In this document: in pieces, positions 63,258 through 64,000 of the stretch
Numbering within the stretch: the stretch's first letter is position 1
How the letters are laid out: each line of letters opens with the position of its first letter
Source of the DNA: a virus
Taxonomy: Duplodnaviria > Caudoviricetes
Strand: one strand, 5' to 3'
DNA: 64,000 nucleotides
Virus record (IMG/VR): IMGVR_UViG_2548876968_000003
Span: 11,782 to 75,781 of that record
Notes under the pieces: generated by a model
What the model was told of the DNA's origin: nothing
The model's database searches: none
Seen by the model: only the letters and a program-made list of their open reading frames with translations
Made by a program: the position numbers and the translations under genes

Positions 63258-64000
63258 TTAAGAATCTACTTCTTTGTTAGAATTTAATTGAAGTTCCTTT
63301 TTAAGATCCCGCGGGGATTTCCCGGTAAACCTAATACAAGCCCTGTGAAAAGAAGATGGGGAATTGAAACCGCATTCGAGAGCGATATTTAAAAGATTGA
63401 AATTAGATCTTTCTTCATCATAATCATAACTTCATTGATTCTATGAAAATTCAGAAAATCCGTGTATCTCTTACTAAGATATTTGTTTAAGTAGTAAGAA
63501 GCTTGATGAGTGGAAAGGCCTAAGTCCGCAGCAAAGTCGGGAAGTCTAAGTTCTTCGTCTTTAAACCTTTTCGCTTCTAAAAAATGATTCAGTTTGATTT
63601 CAACGGTCTTTAAATCGACACCTTCTAACAAGTTGCGACCTTGAAATTTTATTTCTTCTTGGATTTCTTCAGAAATAGGAGGCTCTTTTGGTTCTGAAAC
63701 TGTGTTTGTAGTCGTAGATCTATCAAACAAAAGGGGACAGGCCCGTTCTAAAATAAAGATGTAGCAAAGCACCGATCCGGCTAGCAATTCCGCAATAAAA
63801 AAGAAGACTTTTCTATCCAGTATCGTACCAAATAAATCCAATCCGAAACAGATAGAAATCAGAAGTGAAATCAAAGGTAGGTTAAAGTAAACGATAGGTT
63901 TTTTAGAAATTAAAATATTTCTAAAAGACCAGGCAGTCGTAAATACGGAAATTCCGAACCCTAGAATGTCTATGAAGGAAACAAAATAAAGTTCCGGAAT
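63258..64000 (-). pseudogene. Membrane-anchored AraC-family regulator, 5'-truncated by the window edge and frameshifted at ~63411
   Basis: Frame open from 64000 (TM helices, then LRLPDFAADLGLSTHQASYYLN); second [32 protein letters not shown] continues in the -1 frame to TAA at 63258. Confidence 0.8.

Overview
The window looks like a Leptospira-type (spirochaete) phage-plasmid or prophage next to an accessory toxin locus. The host is inferred from the parA/DUF3102/rep trio and the SBBP, Kelch and LA_3334-like genes, and no database search was possible. Positions 1 to ~37.4 kb hold a contractile-tailed virion module whose capsid, protease, sheath, tube and neck proteins resemble SPO1/Twort-like (Herelleviridae) proteins. 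It lies mostly on the minus strand, with the baseplate-J/fibre cassette (23.6-27.7 kb) inverted. It also carries two large polyvalent proteins (MTase + LPD1; InPase + ParB) and two inserted 'moron' nuclease-fold genes (NYN, DUF3800), each preceded by a GC-rich multi-hairpin leader. Positions 37.5-43.8 kb encode two SPPY DNA methyltransferases, two ParB-like proteins and a phage replication initiator. Positions 44.6-47.7 kb are a plasmid parA-parB-like-rep replicon with two 30-32 bp palindromes and a GTAC/CCTAG cluster inside rep. Positions 48-64 kb hold TPR/Kelch/SBBP genes, a 2280-aa SpvB-VCBS-RHS polymorphic toxin with two paralogous immunity-like lipoproteins, an outer-membrane protein and a frameshifted AraC regulator. 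The most notable sequence-level signal is a (T)CCGAT box 26-30 nt upstream of eight late-gene starts (39 nt for a ninth), including a back-to-back copy serving the two divergent baseplate operons; it resembles a sigma28-type -10 element. Five genes are each repaired by adding one base, so assembly indel errors are possible. No integrase, portal, endolysin, tRNA, rRNA or CRISPR array was recognised.
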